From Eukaryota sp. GEM-RC1 (lineage: Eukaryota): a stretch of 64,000 bases of DNA. The translations under genes were made by a program, and so were the position numbers. Of the stretch, positions 10,976 through 24,101 are shown one piece after another; the stretch's first letter is position 1; each line of letters starts with the position of its first letter. The DNA is taken from NCBI GenBank assembly GCA_040285855.1, contig JAUFOQ010000002.1, positions 310,001-374,000 of the forward strand. The letters are read 5' to 3'. The notes under the pieces are model-generated. The model did no database searches. It saw only the letters and a program-made list of their open reading frames with translations, and was not told the DNA's origin.

Positions 10976-13306
10976 ATGTTCACCCTAGCAGAACTTCTCT
11001 TTGTCTATGATCTTGTGAAACATTTCAACTCTAACAATGTCCCTGAGAAGATAATTTCCCGTGAGGTTGTTCAGGTCATTTTCCGTAGTTCCACCCTTTC
11101 CCCTGTTCAATTGAAACCTGTACTTTCTGAACTTCGGGTTTCTCCTCAATCAATCACATTCTCAGATGTCGTTCTACTCTTAAGAGCCATATCTCTTCTC
11201 CAATCCTCTCCCAACTCTCCAATATCTAAGGATACCCTCTCATCATTAACTGTTTATACACCTCCTAGCCTATCACCATCTCCTCCCATCACACCACCTC
11301 CCAAGCACAGTCTACCTTCCTCCACAGGTCTGTTCCCTTCCCCAGAAGCTGTGCTCATGGCTGCATCTTCCTTTGATAAGCTCTCAACCTCTTCTACTGC
11401 CTCTCAGCGTGACATTCTTCCTTCACTTCAAATGTTCAAGAACAGACTCGAACCTTCCACTCTGAAACTTTGCTGGGACCACTTTTCTGAAGGAAATTCT
11501 ATAGAACGACAGAAGTTTGTGGCTTTCTTCTGTTTCTTAGGAAAGATTGCTAAAGGGGAGGCGAAAGGTGTGATTGATCTTAATGATGCCTTCTCAATCA
11601 ATCCAAAGGAATTGATTGAACCTAAAGCGGAAGGTGATTTGTTTGCTACACAGTTCGATACCAGTGATGCTGTTCCAAGTGATTTATTTTCATTCGGACA
11701 GACGTCAACTGATTATTATCAAAGCTTTCAATCAAAATCAAATCCGATGGATTTGTTCCAACAAGAAGCTCCATTGCCAAAGCAAAGTCAATCCACTCCA
11801 AAAGCTCAACCTCCAGTAGAGATCAGGAAATCTGAACCAAGTCAAGAGGCTCAATCAGTGACGTCACCAATGATCTCTACTGATTTCAAAAAGGAAGAAG
11901 GATTAATTAAGGGTAAAGTTGACCAATTAGTTGCTAGTTCTGGAAGTGCTGACGTCAGCAAGATTTCAACTGCCGTTAAAGAATTCAGTAGTGACATTTG
12001 TTCATTTATTGAAGAGAAAACTACCTATCTCGAAGGTCAAAAAGCACATCATGAGAGTGAATTAAAAGAGATCAAAGTCAATCTTTCATCTGATAAGGAC
12101 AGATTTGCTTCTCTTTGGGAACAATACTTGAGTTTGGAGAAGGAAAACTCAATATTATTGGACAAAATTTCTCATGCAAAGTGCAGTCATGCGGAAGTAA
12201 AAGCTAAAATCAAGTTCCTACAAGATAATATTTCCCACATGGAAGAGAAAAATTTAAATCATTCAGAAACTTTAAAAACTTTGACCTCACAATCATCCAC
12301 AAGTCGAGAACTCTGCGATGGACTTAAAAGAACTGAAAAGAATCTCAAACAAACCAGTATTGACCATCAAGCAGAACTTAGTCAGACAATGGAAGATTTA
12401 AAGGAAGTTCAAGAGGTAATCAACAAGTGCTTGAGCTCTATAAAAGGGCTCAGACTTTCCGGTTCTGAAAGTTCGACTCAATCAGAAATGATTGAACTGA
12501 TCACGACTGTAGAGTCGCTTTCTGAAGAGTTGACGTTGATGAAGGGGAAGATTGCGAATCAGTCGAATATATCTGAGGTTTCAGCAAAAGTTGGTCATTT
12601 GAGTGATTTGATTTGTCAAATATCTGACTTGGAACCAAATAATTCTAAAATTTCTCAACAATTGGCTGAACTATGTGTAGAAGCTGAAAAAATCTTGTCC
12701 CAAACAAAATCATTTCAATCACAATCAGATGACGTTTTTGTTCGTGTGAAGTCGTTGTCCACTCAATTTGACAGTGCCGTAGCTATTTCGCCTAATTATG
12801 ACGTTGATTATCAATCAGATCACAATGATGACGTCACTGTTACTCCTTCTGAGCCGTTCGAACAAGAAGAAACTCCTGAAAAATGTACCATTGTTGAGTC
12901 TGCTGAGCCTAGTGTGGAACTTGAAGAGGAGGTTAAGCCCGCTGTAGAAGAAGAACAAGGGGAAGAGTTCCTGGATGATGGGAAGGCTGTACCAGAGAAA
13001 GTGTTTGAGGAGGATTTCTTTAGTTCTGCCCAAGATACAGCAGAGGAAGTAGTTCAGGGAATAGTTGAAGAAACAGAGCAAACTGTTCAGGAAAGTGATG
13101 ACGTGAAGGAGCAATCGCCAGTTCAATCAGATTTTAAATTTGATCAACCTTGGGATTTCGGTGGGGAAGGTGATTTTATAGCTGATGGTGAGGGTCAGAC
13201 TGAGAGTTTTGATTTCTTTTCCTTTGATGGTTCTTTTGAAGGAGAGAAACCTGAAACACCTGAAGATAATTCAATAGCTGATGAATTTAGTAGTGCCTTT
13301 TCCTAA
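10976..13306 (+). CDS. Eps15-like endocytic adaptor (divergent EH-like domains, coiled coil, acidic tail with DF/FxDF-type motifs)
   Basis: ISREVVQVIFRSSTLSPVQLK and LKLCWDHF..IERQKFVAF resemble EH domains. Central heptads. Tail motifs EEDFFS, WDFG, FDFFSFD. Confidence 0.6.
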   Translation: MFTLAELLFVYDLVKHFNSNNVPEKIISREVVQVIFRSSTLSPVQLKPVLSELRVSPQSITFSDVVLLLRAISLLQSSPNSPISKDTLSSLTVYTPPSLSPSPPITPPPKHSLPSSTGLFPSPEAVLMAASSFDKLSTSSTASQRDILPSLQMFKNRLEPSTLKLCWDHFSEGNSIERQKFVAFFCFLGKIAKGEAKGVIDLNDAFSINPKELIEPKAEGDLFATQFDTSDAVPSDLFSFGQTSTDYYQSFQSKSNPMDLFQQEAPLPKQSQSTPKAQPPVEIRKSEPSQEAQSVTSPMISTDFKKEEGLIKGKVDQLVASSGSADVSKISTAVKEFSSDICSFIEEKTTYLEGQKAHHESELKEIKVNLSSDKDRFASLWEQYLSLEKENSILLDKISHAKCSHAEVKAKIKFLQDNISHMEEKNLNHSETLKTLTSQSSTSRELCDGLKRTEKNLKQTSIDHQAELSQTMEDLKEVQEVINKCLSSIKGLRLSGSESSTQSEMIELITTVESLSEELTLMKGKIANQSNISEVSAKVGHLSDLICQISDLEPNNSKISQQLAELCVEAEKILSQTKSFQSQSDDVFVRVKSLSTQFDSAVAISPNYDVDYQSDHNDDVTVTPSEPFEQEETPEKCTIVESAEPSVELEEEVKPAVEEEQGEEFLDDGKAVPEKVFEEDFFSSAQDTAEEVVQGIVEETEQTVQESDDVKEQSPVQSDFKFDQPWDFGGEGDFIADGEGQTESFDFFSFDGSFEGEKPETPEDNSIADEFSSAFS

Positions 13307-13468
13307 TGTGTTTACTAAATATTGTATTTTGTAAATATATACTATCAACATCATCCAAGTCATATACCCAATAGACGGTACAGAATGTAAGTTAATTCAA
13401 GGATGTCTAGTCAACAGAATTTATACAAACGGAATCAAAACAGGCGGCTCAAATTGATATCGGAAATT

Positions 13469-14587
13469 TCAAAATCTATTTTTCAGTACAATATCTCCGA
13501 AATCTCGATCTTCTTCAATTACCACCTTTTCCAGAACTTTATCATGATAACCTGTTGCTTCAATCTTTACATCATAAGTACCAGGTTCAATGATTGTTAC
13601 GAAAATGCCATCAAATTTGTCGGTTTTGATATGAATAGTGTTATTGAAAGAAATGTTTGCTTTGCTAAGCGGAAGATCTGTTCCTTTAGACAACACCTTT
13701 CCAAGAACCTGAACCTTGCCTTCCTCCCTCTTTGTCAACATCCCAGCATAAACGTATTCAGATTTAACAAATTCGCCATCATGGGTAATATAATAACCAT
13801 CATAAGATGCTTTCAACGTAGTTACTCCGCTAGGAATCTCGTCAAAAGCAAATTTACCCTCAACAGAGGTCATAGTTGTAAGAGATCCTCGCGAGTGATT
13901 GATAGTTACTTTGGTATCGTACATAGCAGGAGTAAAAGAACCAATAACTTTGTTGAATTTGGGGTCAACTTCTAAATGTAAATTGGTGAGAGTATCTGTT
14001 AGGTGAATGTTCTTTTCAAAGGGAACAAACCCGTCACATGAAACTTTGAGAGTATAGTCACCAGTAGGGACGTATGTCAGTTCAAACTTTCCATTGATCA
14101 AGGATAAGTCTGCAAAGCGAGATTCTCCATGAGAATCAACAAGACTAACAGTTGCTTCGAAAACAGGAGAGTTGCCGGAGGTGATGTGGCCAAATATGTG
14201 ATGGAGAGAAGATTTCAATGAGATCGAGACTTCTTGTTCATGGGGAATTGAGATTTCCTCAACGTGATCAATGAAGTCAATGGCAGAGACTGATAGAGTG
14301 TACGTTCCGGCATTGAGGGATTTTATAGACCATTTACCAAAAGACAATGATGTAGTTTTGTAGTTCACTTGATCGTTCATTAAAGAAATAGTGGCGTTGA
14401 CGATAGGTTCATGGGTAAGATAGTTGATGACTTTCCCAGAAATTGTATGTCCTTGAACTGAGTTGTGGATGAACAATCCGGCAGCAACAATGGCGGCAGC
14501 AATCAATAAAGAAATGACCAAGATGCCGACCCACTTTTTCTGAGGCTTGGGTCGAGAAGAAACTAGGGGATGAGTATCACTCGCCAT
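13469..14587 (-). CDS. Type II membrane protein with ~4 carboxypeptidase-regulatory-like (prealbumin-fold) repeats
   Basis: N-terminal TM WVGILVISLLIAAAIVAAGLFI. Repeats ISGKV..PIVNATISL..GKW..GTYTLSVSA, GDYTLKVS..G and PGTYDVKIEATGY. Confidence 0.75.
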   Translation of the reverse strand: MASDTHPLVSSRPKPQKKWVGILVISLLIAAAIVAAGLFIHNSVQGHTISGKVINYLTHEPIVNATISLMNDQVNYKTTSLSFGKWSIKSLNAGTYTLSVSAIDFIDHVEEISIPHEQEVSISLKSSLHHIFGHITSGNSPVFEATVSLVDSHGESRFADLSLINGKFELTYVPTGDYTLKVSCDGFVPFEKNIHLTDTLTNLHLEVDPKFNKVIGSFTPAMYDTKVTINHSRGSLTTMTSVEGKFAFDEIPSGVTTLKASYDGYYITHDGEFVKSEYVYAGMLTKREEGKVQVLGKVLSKGTDLPLSKANISFNNTIHIKTDKFDGIFVTIIEPGTYDVKIEATGYHDKVLEKVVIEEDRDFGDIVLKNRF

Positions 14588-14799
14588 GATTGGAAGAAAT
14601 CGTTTCTTCTTATACTCATGCTACAATGTGGTGCTCCCCAAAGATACACACTACCTCAAACAACCGCTATTAATTTCTCGTACAGTACATGGTACATGGA
14701 AGTCAAATGCTGATTCACAACTTTTTAGTACCTAAACAATTATAATAAATGAACTCAGAACCGATTTCTAAGAAAAAGAGGAGTCTTTGTACTGATAAC

Positions 14800-17708
14800 C
14801 ATAGATGGGAAATACAACTTCATGCCTCTGTATTACTACAAATACAAATACAAATACAAATACATCGAATACAAATACACTATCTCTATCACGTGAGTGT
14901 ATTTCAATTGTATTTCAGGTGCAAACATGTGTGTTACTTCGATAAGACCATATAAAATATTCAACTTCAGTGTTATGAGAAAGTTTCTACTTTACAGCGT
15001 TTTCACGTTGGGACAAGTTGAAACCTATTTGTATACCATAGAAACTCACCAAAAACTACGGATTATGATACAGAGTGAGTGAGCACTCAAAATAATAATG
15101 AACTGAACAAGAAACAACTTCATCTACCAGTAGACTCAACATCTCCGGTTTTGTTCTTCCCACGTCTCCTTTTTTGTCCAGCCTTGGGCGAAACACACGC
15201 AAAATACAACTGTTCATCAGCATCTTCGTTGATCTCATCTTCTATTGTAACTACCTCCTCTCCCTTAATAGATATCCAATCTACTAAATCCCGTACTAAC
15301 ATTAATACCACTTCCTCAATGATGTCACAGTTTACAATGTCCTCTTCTACATGAGATAAATCAAAGTCTTCTATTTCATCTCCTAAAACTTGAATAGCAT
15401 CATTGTCCATCAATACCTGGTCAATTTCAGCTCGTGTGTTGCACCAAGCTTGATTCAGTTTGGAAGCTTCTCCTTTGGGTTGGTCGAAACATTGTGTGAG
15501 CTTCTGATATGTCATGACATTTTCATCTTTTGATAGCGCTGGAAAATTGAACTGTACACTCAACAATCCATCAATACTATCATTAGACAATCGTAATCTA
15601 CGCTTATCCAATTGATAGTCAAGAAAACTCCAGTTCCTCTCTGTCATTGAAGCAGAACCGGATGCTTGAGTAATTCTGGCTGCCACTATAGATAAAGTTG
15701 GAAAATATTGATATGCCGCTTCTGCCCACCACTGGTGAGGAGGCATGTTGACAGCTTCGGTGGCCAAAAGGAGCGGCTTGTTGCGATACAATCGAAATTC
15801 GTCTTCAAGGTTTTTCTTTGATTCTGGGAATTTTTCGAACAGTTTCAATACTGGCTGAATTAATTCCACATTTCCAAAGAATTGAGCATTCTGTTTTCTA
15901 AGTACAGGATTCAAAAGTCGCCCAATCATAATTGCTGGTGTGGATATATACACTATACGTGACACCACATGGTTATCAAGAGCGTTGATCCGATCATGTA
16001 AGTCAGCTTCAGTGTAAGAGGATGAAATGGTATGATTATCCATGACTTTAAAAAATGATTTTTTCATTCGGCCTCGAGCAACTGTTAACGCAAAGTGAGC
16101 AAATGCAGCAAATCCAGACGGACATCCATCACTTAAACGTAAAATATTCATAAATGGAGAGCAAATTTCAATGAATATAAAAGCATCCAACCAAAACTTA
16201 TCGTATCCCGATTAACCCAATACGATGTCTCTTGCCGTCGTCAGTTTCAGTCTTTCCTGGGCACTTACTTTAGAAATCTTTGTTGTAAAGACCTCACTAA
16301 GTACAACCGTAATCATATATGGCCTATTTCTTGCTATTTTCTTTACCGATAACAGAAAATATGCAAATCTGGTGACAGGGTAACTACATAAAGCTTTACC
16401 ACCGACTTCGTTAAGCCAAGAAGCAACTTGGGCTTTGTTCTTGAATACAGAAAGTAAATTTTTTACTGTAGGGACAAGATTTTTTATCCAAGATTCATTT
16501 AAAAAATCTTTAAGGAATAAATTGATTGAGTGAGTAATGCAGTGACAATATAAAACAATTTGAGAATCACCCAATTGGCCAGCTGCAGAGCAATTGACAG
16601 ACGCTCCATCTAAAGATAACCATAAAATATTTTTCGCTCTCTGCATAAGTACAGATTGTGGAAACAGATCTTGAAGTTCTTTATCTGCGTGTCTATCAAC
16701 CATTGAATCAATTTGGTGAAGAGCATACTGCATTATCTGTTTCAGATGGTCGGCATTTGGGTCAGCTGAAAGTGTAGGGATACATCCAAGAAAGAGTGAG
16801 CGACCATTTGACGCGATGATAATGTTATGACGCGGGGAACATTTGGTTGAATATCCGTCAATTGAAATCTCAACTGAATACATAAGCAGACTCGGAATAA
16901 AGTTTGTGGAGATCATGTCTTCAATTTTGTATTGAATATGGGGAAGATGGCGCGTAAACAGAGATTTCCGATTGGGCCCAGTGTAGGTGTGGGGGACTTG
17001 TCTAGCTCTGTGCACTTGAGCAAAGTTTTGCAAGGCTTGCCTGAAAAGATGAGAGTCTGCGAAAGAAAAAGGGATGCCGCCAGTCACAAATGCCAGACAG
17101 AACTCTCTGTCAACCATGTCTTGTACAGATTTCGGTGAAAACAGTGGTTTTACCGGATCACAAGTATCTGAAGCAACCGTGTTTACTAATGCTTTTGCTT
17201 CTGTTGTTCTTAACTTCGCTAACTCAGCGTTATCCGACTTGCCTTGTCTGTATTTCAACAGCTGACTCATCTCTTTGGTATTGCGCCACTTGCTGCAGGA
17301 AAGGAGGTGACCATTTGCTTTTCCCCAACGGGTAGCATTTGTCTTCGGGAACTCCAACCGACAGCCACCACACAAGATATCCATGTTTGTAGAATTTTTT
17401 TTGTTTTTGACGAAACACATATTCCATATAGGGTTGTCGGAGATAACGTTGTTGCGTGTATATCCACGCAGTTGAGTTGTAGACAGTATAGTCGGAGAGG
17501 GGGCAAGTGGTGTTGAGTCAGGAAGCATAAGAAATAGAATTGTTTATGTACCTACTTTTACAGAAAGGGAAATTTATTCGGGTATCAAACATTAATTTGG
17601 TACACAAACGTTCATTGTGTAAAAATACATATAAACTAAGACTACGTAATAGTACATTTAATAATTCCAAAAAAATACAAATTAGGGCCTTGTATTAATA
17701 CAAATATG
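14800..17708 (-). mobile_element. hAT DNA transposon copy 1 (near full length, right terminus partly deleted)
   Basis: Begins CATAGATGGGAAATACA and is flanked by 8-bp CTGATAAC (14792-14799, 17709-17716). Has AAATAC subterminal repeats and encodes a transposase. Confidence 0.85.
15120..17528 (-). pseudogene. hAT transposase (BED-like Zn finger, DUF659-like DDE core, C-terminal dimerisation domain) with one in-frame TAA at 16212-16214
   Basis: CGGC..HLLSC, GIPFSFADS, SIDGYS, LDGAS, HCITHSINL, TRF, WW..YFPTLS..A.RI..SASMTERNWS. The two ORFs are in the same frame, with 7 codons between the TAA and the next annotated start. Confidence 0.88.
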
Positions 17709-17716
17709 CTGATAAC

Positions 17717-19164
17717 CATAGATGGGAAATACAGAAAACATGTATTCTGTGTATTTTGTATTTTGTATTTGTATTTGTATTAATACAAAGCCCATATTTG
17801 TATTTTTTTTGTATTGTTAGTATCAGTATTTAGTTATCAGCATTTAGTCTTATTCAGTCTCTTTATTTGCATATTCAATGCAGATTCATGTGACAAAAAT
17901 ACCACTTGAGTACCAAATACAATGTTTCTGCAGCAAAAGAACGTCCAATTGTATTATGAAGTTGTGTGTGTCCAGGAAATTCCAATTCATCAATTATGTT
18001 ATGACTTCTACTGATTCAAAAACACTTGCCTCCTCTCCTACTATGTTGTTTACGTCTCAACTGCGAGGATATGAGGTCAACAACGTAATCTCCGGCAACA
18101 TCCTATGGAATAGGTGCTCGTTGAGATGGAGAGTCATTGATGATATTGAATTTCTCTTCAATTATTCTGAAAAGACAGGGAAGAAACTTCATTTTTGGCT
18201 TGATTCAAGGCCCTTTTTTTACAATAACCAACTATAATCACAACAAAGACCTCAGAAGTTGAATCTACCAGTAGATGAAGTTGTATACTTTTTAGTTCAT
18301 AATTATCTTTTGTGCTCCCCCACTCTCTATCATAATATTTTATTTGTGGTGAGTTTCTATCAGGGAGGGCTAATAAATATTTAAATAGATATGGACCTTA
18401 GTTGTGATGCCATTCAGTAAGACAAAAATACTAATTGAACCAAACTTAACTCATCAACGTCAATGTCTACGACTTCACCATCAGCGCCTTTATCTCTGCT
18501 TGTGTTAACGCTGTATTTAACTGAATGTAAAGTCCCAATACTCACAGTTTTCAAGGAAATACAGAAGTTTATCAAGACTGTTTAGCTTAACAGAAGGACG
18601 ACGATTCATTTCTATGTTTAGTTCAGCTTTACTGCTCAGTGATGTTGCTGTCATAGGTTCATGGAAAGATTTATGGAAACAAAGTCCAGGTACTTGAAAA
18701 TTTTCCTTACTTCTTATTGTTTTTGGCTGACAGAATGTGATATCGAAACAATTGTTAAATAAGGAACAACCTAACGTCGATGAATAACGGCGCTACAGGT
18801 CAAATGTGTGTATGTATTGTGTTCATCTCTACGTGTTTGACTTCAATCATAGTTATTTAAATATTTCAATGCCAGGCAATAAATAATGCACCTCCGACAT
18901 AGTGCAAAAAGAAACTTTCTATAGTGTAAAACCAAAGTTCAACTACTTTCGGCGTGAAAACGATGAAACGTATAAAGTTTTTCGCAACACCACTTCATAG
19001 TATATTTTATTATTTTAAATGGTCCTATCAAAGTAACACATATGTTTCCACCTGAAATACAATTGAAATACACTCACGTGATAGAAATAGTGTATTTGTA
19101 TTCGTTGTATTTGTATTTGTATTTGTATTAATACAGAGGCATGAAGTTGTATTTCCCATCTATG
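17717..19164 (+). mobile_element. Non-autonomous, internally deleted hAT copy 2 in the opposite orientation
   Basis: Perfect 17-bp TIRs CATAGATGGGAAATACA / TGTATTTCCCATCTATG with CTGATAAC on both sides. 18001-18117 encodes DSKTLASSPTMLFTSQLRGYEVNNVISGNILWNRC (transposase N-terminus). ~18258 matches the C-terminus VES..R-stop. Confidence 0.9.
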
Positions 19165-19172
19165 CTGATAAC

Positions 19173-19290
19173 CATAGTTGCAAAATACAAAATACAGTAT
19201 TTTTTGTATTCTGTATTTTTTCTGTATTATGTATTGTATTTTTTCTGGAAAAGTGTATTTGTATTGGTATTTTTTGTATTTTTTTATCAG
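19173..19290. mobile_element. Terminus of a third, related hAT-like element (other end not found)
   Basis: CATAGTTGCAAAATACA starts immediately after the third CTGATAAC and is followed by TGTATT subterminal repeats. Confidence 0.6.
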
Positions 19291-20236
19291 TTCGAAAATT
19301 CTTAAAATGATGAAAATGACTGACATACATGAAAGAAACACTTGATAGTGAATGATCCTGATCAATTATACCATTGTTACGTACAATTGGGCCATGCATT
19401 ATAAAAAAACGACTTGCAGAAATGCATTCTTCTGCTAGATGACGAAACAGTGAAACACCGATCAAAGTCAAGTGACAAAAATTTAGTAACTCTTAAGAAT
19501 GAACATTACAAAATTGAAAAATACCACACCACGGGAAGTTGTGCAATCTAGTTTCACTACTGATAGTCGGTGGTGATGATTCAAAACCCTGATGAGACGA
19601 GCTACACGACACTCAGATTGATCCTGTTTTGAAGATGTATGGGTAGTCTTTGGGGACTATGATCTCGAGTTTAAACTGTTTTACCTACAAGTGGTATATT
19701 AAGACGTTTTACAACTAATGTACGAGACAAAAAGTGTCCAAAGTCATATTGTATAACTATATAACTCCACGTCAGTTCTTTCCGCGGACCAAATGAACAT
19801 TTGAACCCTCGGTGCATTTCAGAATCGAAAGAACAATTGGGTTGATAAATGAAAAGAAGTCTAAGAATGCCTACGAAGAGGTGAACCATGATAACCCTGA
19901 AGATCAAGTCGAACAATATTGAGGGAAATAAAAGCAAGAGGGTACTTTCGAAGTTTTCTAGGTTTTTGCAGAAAAACACGTATATGTACATACGCGGTGT
20001 CTTTAAAGACACCGTGTCTTCGAACACTGGTTCCTAGTCACAATTTTGGACTCGTAAACGTCTCCTTGAAAGTTGAAACGATAAGAAATAGTGGATAAAA
20101 ACTGTGATTGTAGAACTCAATATCATCATTGAGCAAATTCATTGCACACAGAATGATTGTACAGAACACAGAATGTACTGAGTGTTGATTGAGTAAACAT
20201 CTTAAATTACAAAAGGTTTATGAGAAACTAAAAGAC

Positions 20237-21742
<1,506 letters not shown>

Positions 21743-22192
21743 TCAATTCTTTTTTTCTTCTTCTTCAATGTGGATGTATGTACTGAAACAGCATCTTCCC
21801 CTTAAAAACACATCAATTTTTTCAGATGTTGTTTTTATCGCAAAATGATCATTCATGAGTCATTTTAATGTAAGTTTGTCTTATGATTTTTTTACAACCA
21901 AAAGTTAAAGTTTCCACTAATAATTTGAACAAAAGTCTCTTGACATCATTCGATTGACCATTAGATAAGTGATTTGATAATTTGTCGTGTATTTATTCGT
22001 TTTTGCCCATCCTATTGATTTTAAACAACTCTGAGATTACAATTGTTAATCATCTGCCTCTTTGCATGTTGGTGCAACATGTACGTTAGAAGATACTGAC
22101 CGGTTTAGCTTTATTCGGGGGGAAGAAATTGGGGATAAAGTCATAAAGAAGACATCGCTAATAATATACAAAATTCTAAATATTCAAATGTC

Positions 22193-23350
22193 TTACGATA
22201 ATTTACCTAAATTTTTTTTCTGAATAACCTTTACAGATTGAAATACAAAAGAGTCAATAATATTGAAACAAGCATAAAAACCTCCGACAATTGAAAAAAT
22301 CTGTACAAGAAAACCACTCAATGACTTACGTTCCTCAGAGACACTAACAGCAACACCTGTAAAATCAACAGAAAAATAAACTCCTGGGAAACTACTTTGA
22401 TTCACACCGTCAACCTTGATATCGTTTCTTGAAACCGAGTATATATAGGTTTTGACTACCTCATCCAGTTTAAAAGAAGAAATTTCAGTTTTAACTAACT
22501 TGAGGAGGTACTTACTCATGAACGAAGGGTATTTCTCATTTACATTGACATAGTCAACAAGAGGAGGTTCATCAGGAAGAAGATTCTTGGGAATGAACAC
22601 GTGCTTAGCATTACCGAAAGACAAATTATGGATCAAATGACTAGTATTATACCTGGTACTTTCTGGAGTTAACTGATGGACGTGGTGAGGTCCATGCTGC
22701 ATGGAAACTCCTGGGGAGATATGAAAGGAGGAGAGAACGCGTGAGAGTAGAAGCTTGCCGGCAATTCTACATCCTTCCTTTCTGTTCTCCATGTCTTTAT
22801 AAGTAAGACCTTCTTGTCGGCACTGTTCAAACTTAGAGAGATCACCTGCGCCCCACTTCTTCTTTGCATACATGTGTTGAACTTCAGCACAAGAGTTACA
22901 ACAAGTACCTGGAGGAGCAGCTCCATAGCAATCGCCGCAGTAGTCTTTTTGTCTTTCCACTTGTAATTCGTTTTGAGAAGTAGATACGGGATTTCCAAAG
23001 GAATCTAGACGAGTTTTTTCTAAGTTATCGTGGATGTCAATCATTGACTGTCCCATAGAATCGATAAGATCAACAGACAGTAAAGGACATGACAGATGAA
23101 AGAAGGTAACGTCAAACTGAAGTACAGTAACGTCTTGAGGTTCGGTAACAGTGTTGTCAACAGAGAGCTTGTGTTGAATGTCGCTCTTGAGGAAAGTAGC
23201 CGTTTCCGAGATTATAAGGACGGTGATGAAAAGATAGCAAAGAAGAGAGATGCATCCTCCAGAGCCAGTGGAAAGTCGAAAGCTGTCCTCAACCTTTGGA
23301 AAATGGTCTAACTTACGCAATCTATTGGTAAAACGATGTCGCAATTGCAT
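22193..23350 (-). CDS. ERGIC3: ER-Golgi intermediate compartment protein ERGIC3/Erv46
   Basis: LRKLDHFPKV..T.SGG, YCGDCYGA..CCNSCAEV, EGCRIAG, FPGVYF, C-terminal TM and KKNLGKLS. Confidence 0.92.
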   Translation of the reverse strand: MQLRHRFTNRLRKLDHFPKVEDSFRLSTGSGGCISLLCYLFITVLIISETATFLKSDIQHKLSVDNTVTEPQDVTVLQFDVTFFHLSCPLLSVDLIDSMGQSMIDIHDNLEKTRLDSFGNPVSTSQNELQVERQKDYCGDCYGAAPPGTCCNSCAEVQHMYAKKKWGAGDLSKFEQCRQEGLTYKDMENRKEGCRIAGKLLLSRVLSSFHISPGVSMQHGPHHVHQLTPESTRYNTSHLIHNLSFGNAKHVFIPKNLLPDEPPLVDYVNVNEKYPSFMSKYLLKLVKTEISSFKLDEVVKTYIYSVSRNDIKVDGVNQSSFPGVYFSVDFTGVAVSVSEERKSLSGFLVQIFSIVGGFYACFNIIDSFVFQSVKVIQKKNLGKLS

Positions 23351-24001
23351 GTTTGAAGCAAAGGATTTGGACGAAAACGATTTCCAAATTCGTTCAAGTC
23401 TGTTTTGTAACATGTGATTAACGCACGCTAATTCAAAAAAATCTAAGGAGTTCAATTTGTAGTTGTATTAAATGAATGTTGCAGTATTGCAGCAGAAGAG
23501 GTAGCTTGCTGCTAATGGAATCAGAACAACTTTTGCAGTAGCAGTTTGTGCAACGTCATACTCAATGAACAGTAATTCCAACAGTGATCGGAACTGTATC
23601 TGAATCAGACACAACTGTTGAACGAAATCTCAAGCTAACAGTTGACAATTTTGTAACAGATGTGGTAGAACGGCTGTTGGTGTGACAAAAAAAGAGCATT
23701 TGAATTTGGAACTTCAGTTAACTTATACGTGACAGAATTTCAATTTTGTGTAATATATTTTAAAGATCAACATAAAAACACATTTATAGATAAAAATAGA
23801 GCAATGCATATAATGTGTGAAACATTGTTAGCTTTGTTGTGAATAAGTCAATGCACAGAAGTTGTACACAGAAGGAAATCTCTTGAAAGCACAAGATTGC
23901 GGTAAAAGAGGAGTTACAACCATTATATATGTCAACGATGAGATATCTGCCAATCGTTTTGAAATGTTACTTCACAGACATTGAACTGAACTGATTTACC
24001 G

Positions 24002-24101
24002 TATCGTCGAGGCCCCAATACAAGCAACCTTAAAAACTATACAGGCATACCCTATTCTCTGCTTGTATTGGGACCTGGCCTGTATTGAGACATCGACGAT
24101 A
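24002..24101. other. ~100-nt intergenic element of nested inverted repeats
   Basis: TATCGTCGA/TCGACGATA; AGGCCCCAATACAAGCA/TGCTTGTATTGGGACCT; ATACAGGC/GCCTGTAT. Confidence 0.7.

Noticed and set aside
14749..14955. Short QIQIQI-type ORFs here and at 19015-19471
   Set aside because: Translations of the hAT subterminal AAATAC repeats.
19565..19620. CTGATGAG / GTGATGA motifs suggesting a hammerhead ribozyme or C/D snoRNA
   Set aside because: No stem II followed by GAAA, and no properly placed terminal box D or closing stem could be found.
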